Below are positions 25,691-34,768 of a DNA stretch of 39,794 bases, piece after piece. The stretch covers positions 1 to 39,794 of IMG/VR virus record IMGVR_UViG_3300045557_000063, one strand, 5' to 3'. Position 1 is the stretch's first letter. Every line of letters starts with the position of its first letter. Source of the stretch: a virus (lineage: Duplodnaviria > Caudoviricetes). The notes beneath the pieces were generated by a model. It was not told the origin of the DNA and did not search any database. It saw nothing but the letters and a program-made list of their open reading frames with translations. Position numbers and translations under genes: made by a program.

Positions 25691-26956
25691 CTAATTCTGT
25701 GGTTTTTGGGACATATTTTCAGGAGCTATTTCCAACTCACTGTAGGCGATTTTCGCCTCATCTCGCAGAAGAAAAACCTCTTTGTCAGAGCCGATCTGCT
25801 CGATGTATCGTTTGACGATGACATCGCAGAATTTTTCATCAACCTCTGCGGTGTGACAGATGCGTTCCGTCTGCTCGCAGGCGATTAGGGTCGAACCCGA
25901 ACCGCCGAATGGATCCAGGACGATGCATCCCGACATGCTAGAGTTGGTGATGGGGTAAGCCACCAGAGCAACGGGCTTCATCGTAGGGTGGTCGCCGTTC
26001 TTCCTGGGCTTGTCGTATTCCCAGATGGTCGACTGCTTGCGGTCCGAATACCACATGTGCTTGCCTTTTTTCTTCCATCCGAAGAGTACCGGCTCATGTT
26101 GCCACTGATAAGGAGAACGGCCGAGCACTAGACTTTGTTTTTTCCATATACACGTCCCAGAGAGGTAGAAGCCCGCATCTGTGAACGCCTTCCTGAAATT
26201 CAAGCCCTCGGTGTCAGCGTGGAATACATAAATGGAAGCGTCCTGCGCCATTGCCTCCTCGATGTTCTTGAACGCATCGAAGAGGAAGGAGTAAAACGCT
26301 TCATTGCCCATGTTGTCGTTTTTGATTTTCCCGGCGGATCCCTCGTAGTTGACATTGTAGGGAGGGTCCGTGACCACAAGGTTCGCTTTCTTACCGTCCA
26401 TCAGTGCTTTGTAGGTATCGGGTTTCGTGCTGTCCCCGCAGACCAGTCTGTGCCTGCCCAGGAGCCAGACGTCTCCGGATTTCGTGATAGCCGGCTTTTG
26501 AAGCTCGGCATCCACATCGAAGTCGTCCTCTTCAATACCATCCTCATCAGTCATGAGTTTATTGAGTTCGGCCGGTTCGAATCCGAGCAGCCCCACATCG
26601 AACTCCATGCCCTGGAGGCTTTCAATCTCCAGTCGCAGCAGTTCCTCATCCCACCCGGCATCTTCCGCATAGCGGTTGTCGGCGATGATATAGGCTTTCT
26701 TCTGGGCTTCGGTCAAGTGGTCGACGAAGACGCACGGGACTTCAGTGAAGCCTTCTTCCTTCGCGGCAATGAGCCGTCCGTGGCCTGCAATCACGCTGAA
26801 GTCCCTGTCAACGATAATTGGATTGACGAAACCGAACTCCCGAAGGCTCGAGCGAAGCTTCGTGATCTGAGCGGGAGAGTGGGTCCTTGCGTTATTCACG
26901 TAGGGTACCAGTTCCTTTATCGGAACCAGCTTCATGTCACTGGTTGTCTTGCTCAT
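25691..26956 (-). CDS. ParB-like N-terminal domain fused to an N4/N6 DNA methyltransferase
   Basis: NNARTH...IAGHGR...IADN is ParB-like; TDPPY, HPTMKP, LDPFGGSGST are in beta-class order. Confidence 0.95.
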   Translation of the reverse strand: MSKTTSDMKLVPIKELVPYVNNARTHSPAQITKLRSSLREFGFVNPIIVDRDFSVIAGHGRLIAAKEEGFTEVPCVFVDHLTEAQKKAYIIADNRYAEDAGWDEELLRLEIESLQGMEFDVGLLGFEPAELNKLMTDEDGIEEDDFDVDAELQKPAITKSGDVWLLGRHRLVCGDSTKPDTYKALMDGKKANLVVTDPPYNVNYEGSAGKIKNDNMGNEAFYSFLFDAFKNIEEAMAQDASIYVFHADTEGLNFRKAFTDAGFYLSGTCIWKKQSLVLGRSPYQWQHEPVLFGWKKKGKHMWYSDRKQSTIWEYDKPRKNGDHPTMKPVALVAYPITNSSMSGCIVLDPFGGSGSTLIACEQTERICHTAEVDEKFCDVIVKRYIEQIGSDKEVFLLRDEAKIAYSELEIAPENMSQKPQN

Positions 26957-28112
26957 GCTTTTTCACCGCCTCTTTCAGTTCTGTGTACTTGCCGACGTTC
27001 TCCCAGGGGTACAGGCACGATGAAAAATGGCCGTAGACAGCCGTCTCTGAATATCTGGGGAACCGGAGGTTCAGAAGTTCGATGATGGCTGCCGGGCGAA
27101 GGCACCAGACTTCCATGACCGCTTTTCTTAAGGTCTCATCAGGGACATTGCCGGTGCTGAAGGTTTCGATGTTCACGGAAACCGGATCCGCTTTCCCGAT
27201 GGCATAGGCGATGTTCACCTGGCATCTTTTCGCAAAGCCGCACCATACGATGTGTTTTGCGATGTTCCTGGCCATGTAAGCCGCAGAGCGGTCAACCTTA
27301 GTCGGGTCTTTCCCGCAAAAGGCACCGCCTCCATGTGCGGCAAGTCCGCCGTAGGTGTCGACCATAAGCTTTCTGCCGGTGAGTCCGGTGTCCGCCGCAG
27401 GGCCGCCTTCAACAAATCGTCCCGACGGATTGATCAGAACTTCGGTCTCATCATCAAAGGGGAAGTCCTCAAAGCAATTCCACAGGACATGGCTGTAGAT
27501 GTCCTTGGTCAGTTCATCCAGGGACTTTGAAGTATCATGCTGTACGGAAACAATAATGGTTTTGACTCTGGCAGGGTTCCCGTCCTGATATTCAATGGTG
27601 ACCTGAGCTTTGCCGTCGGGCTTGATCCCTTTGATGAGTCCGTCATGTCTGGTCTCGTCGATTCGCTTGGTAATATTGTTCGCCAGAATGACTGGAAGAG
27701 GTAGCATGTCCCTGGTCTCATCGGTGGCGTAGCCGTACATGGTACCCTGATCACCAGCACCTAAGGTGCTATACCAGGAGTTGTCGCCATTTCTGGATTC
27801 CAGGGCATTATCCACACCATCGGCGATGTCCTGACTCTGTTTGTGGACTACAACCATGATGCGGAATTTTTTAGGATCGTAGCCTACCTCCTGCAAGGTG
27901 TAACGAACGATGCGCTTGATATCGACTTTACCGCTACAGGTGATTTCGCCCGCCACGATAATCCTTCCCTTGGTGGCCATAACCTCGCAGGCAACTCTGG
28001 AAGCACGGTCCTTGCGAAGGCATGCATCCAGGACGCTGTCGGCGATCAGGTCGCAGAGCTTGTCCGGGTGGCCCGCGCATACGCTTTCTGCTGTTAAAAA
28101 TTTAGTTTCCAT
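26937..28112 (-). CDS. metK: Methionine adenosyltransferase (SAM synthetase)
   Basis: ESVCAGHPDK, GAGDQG, PDGKAQVT, GLTGRK, GGGAFCGKDPTKVDRS; full length. Confidence 0.97.
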   Translation of the reverse strand: METKFLTAESVCAGHPDKLCDLIADSVLDACLRKDRASRVACEVMATKGRIIVAGEITCSGKVDIKRIVRYTLQEVGYDPKKFRIMVVVHKQSQDIADGVDNALESRNGDNSWYSTLGAGDQGTMYGYATDETRDMLPLPVILANNITKRIDETRHDGLIKGIKPDGKAQVTIEYQDGNPARVKTIIVSVQHDTSKSLDELTKDIYSHVLWNCFEDFPFDDETEVLINPSGRFVEGGPAADTGLTGRKLMVDTYGGLAAHGGGAFCGKDPTKVDRSAAYMARNIAKHIVWCGFAKRCQVNIAYAIGKADPVSVNIETFSTGNVPDETLRKAVMEVWCLRPAAIIELLNLRFPRYSETAVYGHFSSCLYPWENVGKYTELKEAVKKHEQDNQ

Positions 28113-28113
28113 A

Positions 28114-28647
28114 TCATTTTCCTTTCCGGGCGGTCAAAAGCCGCTCCATTAAATCGTCTTGTGGAGTGAAGTTCGAGCAGTCGGTCAGGCTGTTTTCGCG
28201 CACGATGGCGAAGATCTGCGCCCATAAGCTGTAGGTCTGCTTTGAAAAGGACTGAGCCATGCTGACATAAGGGGAAGCAATCGGAGCGCCGGTCGTCGGG
28301 TGTTTTGCCAATAGTCCGTATTCGGAGATTGCCTGCTCGCATTGGATCCACCTTGCCGCGCTCATGGCGTATTGTTCGATCTGCTGCTTGGGGACCAAAT
28401 GGCTGCACTTGTGCTTTCCGAGCCAACCCCAGGTCTCCGTGTATATTTCATTGGCAATCAGCGGATGACCGTTCTTCTGGGCCGCCGACAGCCAATCGGC
28501 GGGTTTCGGCATTTCCGAGCCGGATTCCGAATCTCCATCGGGCAGGGGCACGATTTGAAGCTTCTTGGAGTTGCCGTCCAGTATCTTGTCCGCCAGAGCC
28601 TTGCGCGGCCTTCCGCCGACACCAGGTTGCGGACCTCTTTTTCCCAT
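28114..28647 (-). CDS. Terminase small subunit (P27-like)
   Basis: GGRPRK, PKPADWLS, KHPTTGAPIASPYV; follows the HNH gene. Confidence 0.85.
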   Translation of the reverse strand: MGKRGPQPGVGGRPRKALADKILDGNSKKLQIVPLPDGDSESGSEMPKPADWLSAAQKNGHPLIANEIYTETWGWLGKHKCSHLVPKQQIEQYAMSAARWIQCEQAISEYGLLAKHPTTGAPIASPYVSMAQSFSKQTYSLWAQIFAIVRENSLTDCSNFTPQDDLMERLLTARKGK

Positions 28648-28689
28648 CAAATCACCTCCAGTCAAAAGTGAGGGGGTTAATACCCCAAA

Positions 28690-28765
28690 AACTTATGAAA
28701 AAATTAACACGGCACCCCACGCCCGTTCCCCGGGCACAGGGTTGTAGAGATTTGATCCCCCCTAC
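28690..28765. other. Probable cos-site region
   Basis: GC-rich intergenic stretch between HNH and terS, where cos lies in HK97-like phages; the cut site cannot be identified by eye. Confidence 0.45.
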
Positions 28766-29121
28766 CGGTCGTGCCAGCGGTCCCCGTCGCGAGCAGTAAT
28801 GGCAGAGTGGCAAGAGGTGCAAAGGGCCATGAGGTTCGATTCGTCATGGGTTCCTCCCCGTGCAAGGGGAAGGATGTGATGAACCTCCGTTGCCTGAGTC
28901 ATTAGTCCTTGCTTCATACACTCCTCGCAAAGTGGATGGGCTTCTACGTAGCGATCTCGTATGCGCTTCCAGGCACGACCGTACCTTTTCTTTGAGTGGG
29001 GATCACGATCATACTTCTCGTAACGTGCTGCTTCCTGACGGGCGTGTTTATCACAGAACCTCGCTTCGGTAAGCTCAGGACACCCGGGATGGGAGCAGGG
29101 ACGTTTCGGTTTGTAAGGCAT
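28762..29121 (-). CDS. HNH endonuclease (terminase cofactor type)
   Basis: PLCEEC...EVHHILP...GGTHDESNLMALCTSCH. Confidence 0.93.
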   Translation of the reverse strand: MPYKPKRPCSHPGCPELTEARFCDKHARQEAARYEKYDRDPHSKKRYGRAWKRIRDRYVEAHPLCEECMKQGLMTQATEVHHILPLARGGTHDESNLMALCTSCHSAITARDGDRWHDR

Positions 29122-29142
29122 CGGTTCACCTCCTTGGGCATA

Positions 29143-29177
29143 AGAAAAGCCCTGCGGGTTGCTCCCACAAGGCTCTC
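29143..29177 (-). terminator. Terminator-like hairpin upstream of the HNH gene
   Basis: Minus strand AGCCTTGTGGG-agcaa-CCCGCAGGGCT followed by TTTCTT. Confidence 0.55.
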
Positions 29178-29194
29178 TAAGATTCTATTTCCTG

Positions 29195-29245
29195 ATTATA
29201 ATACTATCAGGAGTGGCAGGTGTCTTTCAGTGTCTTTTTGTGTCT
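29195..29245 (-). promoter_or_regulatory. Probable late promoter: three AGACAC repeats plus TATAAT
   Basis: GTGTCT at 29220, 29230 and 29240 (10-bp period); minus-strand TATAAT at 29195-29200; no canonical -35. Confidence 0.7.
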
Positions 29246-29661
29246 ACTTCACAGGGAGTAGGAATTTTGCAGTCATCCAGTGCCCGTGTGTGAAGCTTAT
29301 GAATGTAGCGAAGGTCATAGCCCATATCCACCGCAATCTTCTCCCAAGAGAGGAAGCAGAGGTAACGCTTCTCCAGTAAGGTCTGGTGCTCTGGGTTTAC
29401 CACAGCCTTGATGACACACATGATTTCTTTCTTGAGATCAACCAGCATGTCGATGTCATGATTAATATCATTCTGGAGATCAACGATCTTGCAGATGGCA
29501 TCAGCCATGCGGGAGGTTGAACCGCTAGGGTTTCTCGGCATACCAGTCAAGACGGTTGTGCAGGTCGTTGCCAGATCATTCAGTGAATCAACCTGTTGGA
29601 GTTTGGATTTGATACGCATGTCCAGATAACGCGCCTGAGAAAGGTAAGTCTTAGTATTCAT
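29227..29661 (-). CDS. DUF1492/ArpU/RinA-like late transcription activator
   Basis: KTYLSQARYLD...LLEKRYL..LSWEKIAVDMGY...LHTRAL; immediately upstream of the packaging module. Confidence 0.82.
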   Translation of the reverse strand: MNTKTYLSQARYLDMRIKSKLQQVDSLNDLATTCTTVLTGMPRNPSGSTSRMADAICKIVDLQNDINHDIDMLVDLKKEIMCVIKAVVNPEHQTLLEKRYLCFLSWEKIAVDMGYDLRYIHKLHTRALDDCKIPTPCEVDTKRH

Positions 29662-29845
29662 AACGCACCTTTTCCTTTCTCAGTTTGGTGATGAGTATTT
29701 CCGGATCAACATTCGTCAGAACACTAAACCAATCAGAACGAAAGAAGCGCTCAATTCTGGCAAGCTCCTGCTCATTGTCGTGCAGCCGGTAGTCCTTGAC
29801 CGCTTGTAGCACGATGGCGTTTGCTAATTCTTGATAAGGGTCCAT
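29651..29845 (-). CDS. Small conserved phage protein
   Basis: LANAIVLQAVKDYR...ERFFRSDWF; SD GGAGG. Confidence 0.8.
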   Translation of the reverse strand: MDPYQELANAIVLQAVKDYRLHDNEQELARIERFFRSDWFSVLTNVDPEILITKLRKEKVRYEY

Positions 29846-29875
29846 AATCTGTACCTCCGAATTTTTAGTTCTCTC

Positions 29876-29905
29876 GGATTGGCACGGATTGTCATTGATT
29901 GTCTT
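29876..29905. repeat. Three 10-bp-period direct repeats
   Basis: GGATTGGCAC / GGATTGTCAT / TGATTGTCTT in the intergenic gap. Confidence 0.6.
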
Positions 29906-31268
29906 AGACTTGCAGGTCGGCCTTTACAGCATCTATCAAGGCGGCTTGGGTGCTGTCCTTCTTGGATAACACCTTTAGAATCCGCTCGTCGATGGTGTCT
30001 TTGGCCACAATGTGCTGCACCACGACTGTTTCAGAATTTTGCCCTTGTCGCCATAGGCGGGCGTTGGTCTGCTGATATAATTCCAGTGACCAGGTCAGCC
30101 CGAACCAGACGATACAGGAACCGCCACTCTGCAGGTTTAATCCATGACCGGCAGAGGCGGGGTGGATCAGAGCTATGGGCAGTTCGCAAGCGTTCCACTT
30201 ACGGATACTGTCGGCGCTGTCCAGTTTGGAAAACGGTACATGAAGCTTTTGTAGACGCTCCGTGATGCGGGCAAGGTCATGCTTGAACCAGTACGCCACA
30301 AGAATCGGCTTGCCACCGGCGGCTTCGATGATATCCTCCAGTGCATCCAGCTTTCGGTCATGGATGGAGAAGGTGTCGCCATCGTCGGTGTAAATCGCAC
30401 CATTTGCCAGCTGGCACAGCTTTCCGGTAAGGGCGGCGGCATTAGCAGCAGTGATGTCTCCGTCAGGGAGTTGCAATACGAGGTCCTGCTTCAGCTCGTC
30501 GTAACGCTGGCGCTCCTCGTCAGAGAGGCGGACGGTGTATTCGCTACTTACCAGTTCTGGCATTTTCAAAAGGTCGGTAGACTTCATGGAAATGGTTATG
30601 TCGGAGATCTTGTCATAGATGCGCTGTTCTGCTCCGGGTAGAGGCTTGTAGCTGAAGATGACCTGTCCATTTCGCTTGTCTGGCTGAAAGTAGTCCAGTC
30701 GGTAGTGGCTGATGAACCGTCCGAGGCGAGCGCCCATATCCAGAAGCCTGAACTCAGCCCAGAGGTCCATGAGGCCATTTGCGGAAGGGGTACCGGTGAG
30801 GCCAATGATGCGCTTGACCTTAGGTCGCACCTTCATCAGAGCCCGGAAGCGTTTAGCCTGATAATTCTTGAAGGATGACAGCTCGTCTACCACAATAGTG
30901 TCGAAGTTGAAGGGCAGCTTGCTTTCATCAATGAGCCACTGGACATTTTCTCTGTTGATGATGTAGATGTCAGCGGGTTTGATAAGAGCTGCACGGCGCT
31001 CTGCTTCAGTACCGACTGCAACGGAGCAGATGAGGTTCTGGAGATGATCCCACTTATCTGCTTCAGAAGGCCATGTATCCCGTGCCACTCGTAATGGTGC
31101 GATCACCAGAATGCGGTGGGCTTCAAAGCTGTCAAACAACAGATCGTTCAGGGCTGTCAGTGTGATGCTCGTTTTGCCAAGACCCATATCGAGTAAAACA
31201 GCGGAGATGGGATGCTCCTCGATGTAGCGGGTGGCGTATTTTTGGTAATCATGCGGTTCATATTTCAT
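29904..31268 (-). CDS. SNF2-like DEAD/H helicase
   Basis: DMGLGKT, VVDELS, GLTGTP, GHGLNLQ, ARLWRQGQ; ATG 31268. Confidence 0.93.
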   Translation of the reverse strand: MKYEPHDYQKYATRYIEEHPISAVLLDMGLGKTSITLTALNDLLFDSFEAHRILVIAPLRVARDTWPSEADKWDHLQNLICSVAVGTEAERRAALIKPADIYIINRENVQWLIDESKLPFNFDTIVVDELSSFKNYQAKRFRALMKVRPKVKRIIGLTGTPSANGLMDLWAEFRLLDMGARLGRFISHYRLDYFQPDKRNGQVIFSYKPLPGAEQRIYDKISDITISMKSTDLLKMPELVSSEYTVRLSDEERQRYDELKQDLVLQLPDGDITAANAAALTGKLCQLANGAIYTDDGDTFSIHDRKLDALEDIIEAAGGKPILVAYWFKHDLARITERLQKLHVPFSKLDSADSIRKWNACELPIALIHPASAGHGLNLQSGGSCIVWFGLTWSLELYQQTNARLWRQGQNSETVVVQHIVAKDTIDERILKVLSKKDSTQAALIDAVKADLQV

Positions 31269-31530
31269 CAAGAAGCCCTCCAATCTGCTGCTCGTCATCA
31301 AGGACATAAACCTTGAAGCCAAGCCCGCGTAGTAATTTGTGCCTTGCCAGCTGAAGTGGTCTGGGCTTTTCGCCAGGAGCCTTAACTTCAACGAAAGCCA
31401 TATGACCACCCGGTAGAAGCACGATACGATCAGGCATCCCGTCAAATCCAGGACTCGTGAACTTTGGTGCGATGCCTCCGGCAGCTTTGACTGCCATAAC
31501 CAGTTTTCTTTCGATTGCTTTTTCTCTCAT
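31258..31530 (-). CDS. VRR-NUC domain nuclease
   Basis: EKAIE...GMPDRIVL...FVEVKAPG..PRPLQ. Confidence 0.93.
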   Translation of the reverse strand: MREKAIERKLVMAVKAAGGIAPKFTSPGFDGMPDRIVLLPGGHMAFVEVKAPGEKPRPLQLARHKLLRGLGFKVYVLDDEQQIGGLLDEI

Positions 31531-31560
31531 TTTCACTCTCTCCATCAGGGATTTTTAAGG

Positions 31561-31663
31561 ATGGGGTAACCTCGATGCATGTCATATATAGAACTTTTCT
31601 TAGAGCTATTTTTTTAGTCCTTAAGAGACTTTTTGTGTATGACCTTAATCGAGGTTACCCCAT
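31561..31663. repeat. Long inverted repeat around an AT-rich core (candidate replication origin)
   Basis: ATGGGGTAACCTCGAT (31561-31576) and ATCGAGGTTACCCCAT (31648-31663) form a perfect 16-bp IR, extended by GTCATA/TATGAC. Confidence 0.8.
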
Positions 31664-31669
31664 AGTCCA

Positions 31670-33943
31670 TCAACTCAAGAAATCCTCAAAATCTCCGTCA
31701 TCAATTTTAAGCCTCAGCCCTGAAAAGAACCGCTTGTTTTTGACCTTGATACGGCCATGCCCAGCAGCCTCCAGCGCTGAATAGAAGTCTGTCGTGCTAC
31801 GGATATATTCATTTGTGTCAACGCAGTAATTGCGATACGCCCGATAAAGCGAACTGGAGCTCTCTCGAAAACTCGCACCAAGCTCACATTTCTCCTCGAG
31901 GAAATGGCCAAACCAGTCGTTTTGCGATCGGTACTCCATTATGGCTTGCTGTACGCACTCCGGCACAGGAATTTTGTAATCCAGCGCAATGACCTTCTTG
32001 GCACCCTCAATCACCCATGCCAGAATGCTCTCGCCAGCGTTCTGATAGAGATACTCGCCATAGTTCTTGATGTCGCTGCTGCCCTCAATCTTGGCGTCGA
32101 AGGGTATAACAACCAACCTGCGCCAGATACCGTCATCAGAAGCGCTGACCTTCGGCAGGTGGTTTGTATAGAGCACCAGCGTATGACAGGGCGTGAAGCT
32201 GAACGGGTCCTTGTACTTCTTTTCAGCGAACACATCGTCGGTGGAGCAGAGTTGCTTGACGGTGGAGTCATTGAGCCGAGCGCCTTCCTGTATCTCGGCA
32301 GCGATAAGTAGACGCTTTCCCTTGACCTCGGCCATTTCCGGTTTGATGTTTCGACGGCACCCGACTGTCAAGGTATCCGCGGAGATGTTGCCGCTATACA
32401 GACCGAGCACACGGGAGATGGCGTTCCAAAAGGTGGATTTACCGTTGCGCCCACCGCCATAAGCGATGATCAGGGCTTCCACATAGACCTTGCCGATGGC
32501 AGCGAGCCCGCAGATCATTTGTACATAGTTGATTAGCTCCTGATTGCCACAGAAGATAAGGTCCAAACTGTTCTGCCAGATCTGTTCGCCCTTGGAACTG
32601 GGTGAAACGGACGTCATTTTCGTAATGAAGTCTTCAGGTGAATGCTCTCGGGCTCCGGTCATCCCTTTGCGTAGATCGTAAGTAGCAGCAGGCGTACAAA
32701 GAAGAAAGCAGTCTGCATCTAAATCACGCGGCGAAATTTCCAGCATTGGACGGGATTCCTTCAGCGTCGCGGTAATATTCTTTGAGTCTCGTCTGCGAAT
32801 GGCGAAGGACTGATATGCCTTGGCTGAAAGGAAGGCCCGATAAGCTTCGAGCTGTGTGTCGTTCATGAGCGACTCGGCCTTTGCCTTTGAAGCATTTTCA
32901 AGGATTTCCTGCGTACCGTTTTCCGTCAGCAGTCTCATCGCTGCCTGTAGATCCTTTGTGGCTTCCTCCAATTGTCGGCGGGTAAGCTCATGAGCGACTG
33001 CCTGTGCGCCCGGTTCGCTTTCTTGCCAGTAATGGCTGGTGTAACGGATAAAGTGCGTAGCCGGTGAATACCGTAGTTCACCAGAGAAGTATTTCGCCAG
33101 AACCTCTGCCTGTCCTACATCGGAGAAATCGCCTGGCATATAGGACGTCGGGTCATTGTAGACCTCCGGAGAAACATAGCCGTCTTGCTGCTGCACCTTT
33201 GAAAAGAAGCGCTGGGCGCTGTGCCAGATAGTCATGAGCTCAGTTTCCTCAAGCGGAGGTGAGCATTTCGCAGCTTCCTCCAGAAAACACTGAAAAGCCG
33301 CGTCGCTGTCGCCATATTTTTTGATGACCCGACCGGCAAAACGGGACATGGTGGCGTTGCGACTTCCTTCTGGTATGACTTGAGTGGAACGATGCCCACC
33401 TGCCATATCAGCATCGAATTCTTCACCCTCCAGAAACTCGCTTAAGTTCATGCTGCCAGTGTAGATTTCAACTTCAGGAGAGGTAGTCCCGAAGAAGAAA
33501 CGTGCAGCATCCAGCGCCTTGGTATCGAAGTATGGAAAGATGGCGTTGACCAGCTTCTTCATATCGCTGTAGCAAGCCGCGTTTGTAACGTGGTCAATGG
33601 GAAATAGTACGTGGAATTTAGGTCGAGCGGGCTTGCCGTTTTTCTCGCGCATATTATAGCGGCTATAATGTACGGCAAAGGTAACATTGGGGAATGCCTC
33701 CATGACATCGGCGGGAAGCACCCAATCCTCCGGTTGTTCTGAGTGATCATTGTCGCAGTCCACCGGTAGGCAATTGCTACCGATGTAGTTTTCACCATTC
33801 CGGTAACTGTTTCGGTATTCGGCGCACACATAGTCATGGCCAACAGCTGCGATCAGAGAACTTGCGTCAGTGACCTCAACCTTGTGTGGATAGGAGCAGT
33901 TGCCGGGGTTGCCGATGAAGTCGGCGTGATAAAGAGTGAACAT
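31670..33943 (-). CDS. P4-family primase/helicase (PriCT, D5-like SF3)
   Basis: DCDNDH, RPKFHV, IPEGSRN, YGGGRNGKST, YTNHLP. Confidence 0.93.
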   Translation of the reverse strand: MFTLYHADFIGNPGNCSYPHKVEVTDASSLIAAVGHDYVCAEYRNSYRNGENYIGSNCLPVDCDNDHSEQPEDWVLPADVMEAFPNVTFAVHYSRYNMREKNGKPARPKFHVLFPIDHVTNAACYSDMKKLVNAIFPYFDTKALDAARFFFGTTSPEVEIYTGSMNLSEFLEGEEFDADMAGGHRSTQVIPEGSRNATMSRFAGRVIKKYGDSDAAFQCFLEEAAKCSPPLEETELMTIWHSAQRFFSKVQQQDGYVSPEVYNDPTSYMPGDFSDVGQAEVLAKYFSGELRYSPATHFIRYTSHYWQESEPGAQAVAHELTRRQLEEATKDLQAAMRLLTENGTQEILENASKAKAESLMNDTQLEAYRAFLSAKAYQSFAIRRRDSKNITATLKESRPMLEISPRDLDADCFLLCTPAATYDLRKGMTGAREHSPEDFITKMTSVSPSSKGEQIWQNSLDLIFCGNQELINYVQMICGLAAIGKVYVEALIIAYGGGRNGKSTFWNAISRVLGLYSGNISADTLTVGCRRNIKPEMAEVKGKRLLIAAEIQEGARLNDSTVKQLCSTDDVFAEKKYKDPFSFTPCHTLVLYTNHLPKVSASDDGIWRRLVVIPFDAKIEGSSDIKNYGEYLYQNAGESILAWVIEGAKKVIALDYKIPVPECVQQAIMEYRSQNDWFGHFLEEKCELGASFRESSSSLYRAYRNYCVDTNEYIRSTTDFYSALEAAGHGRIKVKNKRFFSGLRLKIDDGDFEDFLS

Positions 33944-34266
33944 CAGTCGTTCACCTCCGTTGCGCCATCCTCCAGCACTTTGATGATGAATTTGAGTGCG
34001 GTGATGATTGTTTCAAGCTCGCAGTCACCACCAAGAGACACCTCTATACCATCTGTGCCATACGGTCCGATCAGATGCGCTTCAATATCAGTGCCTCCAG
34101 CATTTTCGATGCGAAAGTAGGTACGGCTGCCGTGGCCTGAATCTCCACCCTTATAGCCGTTGGTGCCAGCCTCGACTTCGAGAACATTTGCGCTGTATAT
34201 GTCACGGCTAAAGGTCGTGATAGTGGTACCGTCGATATTTCTTTCCTTTTCTGTGATAGCGTACAT
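33943..34266 (-). CDS. Hypothetical phage protein
   Basis: Translationally coupled ORF with SD; EAGTNGYKGGDSGHG. Confidence 0.78.
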   Translation of the reverse strand: MYAITEKERNIDGTTITTFSRDIYSANVLEVEAGTNGYKGGDSGHGSRTYFRIENAGGTDIEAHLIGPYGTDGIEVSLGGDCELETIITALKFIIKVLEDGATEVND

Positions 34267-34268
34267 GA

Positions 34269-34688
34269 TTAAACCTCCTCGCAGTTTTCATTAAAGTAGC
34301 GTAAGCGGTAGTTCTTCCACTTGGCTCTCTTGATTTCAGCCGACATACCAGCTGAGATGGTGCTGCCGAACACCCAGACCTCTGTACATTTGCTCATTAG
34401 GGCGTTGCCGAAGAATAGCCCAAGCTGGCGTTCGGCAGGAATGTCGTCGTTTAAAAACTGTGGAAACAGCAAATGCGGCGCAATGGGGATAAAGCCTTTG
34501 TCGACGGCGAATCGGCTGTAGCGTCGTGCAGCCTTTACGTTTCCTTCTACATCTCCAGAAAAGGGAGAGCAGATATAGACAATTGGCCTGAATGCCCGAA
34601 GCGCCTTTTCTTCTTTTTCGATAGCAGACAATGCTTCGTAGGCGGTTGGGTCGTAGTAACCCTCGCTGTTATATTTATCAATGCTCAT
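34269..34688 (-). CDS. DUF4406-like (nucleoside deoxyribosyltransferase-like fold) protein
   Basis: VYICSPFSG...APHL...CTEVWVFG..ISAGM..EI; ATG 34688. Confidence 0.8.
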   Translation of the reverse strand: MSIDKYNSEGYYDPTAYEALSAIEKEEKALRAFRPIVYICSPFSGDVEGNVKAARRYSRFAVDKGFIPIAPHLLFPQFLNDDIPAERQLGLFFGNALMSKCTEVWVFGSTISAGMSAEIKRAKWKNYRLRYFNENCEEV

Positions 34689-34731
34689 TTTGACCTCCAA
34701 TCCGGGCGGGCTTTTTGTCCACCTCTATTAC

Positions 34732-34764
34732 CCAATGGAGGTCAAAAACAGGTTTGAACGAAAA
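34732..34764 (-). promoter_or_regulatory. Motif A copy 2
   Basis: CCAATGGAGGT-caaaaacaggt-TTGAACGAAAA. Confidence 0.75.
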
Positions 34765-34768
34765 AGGC

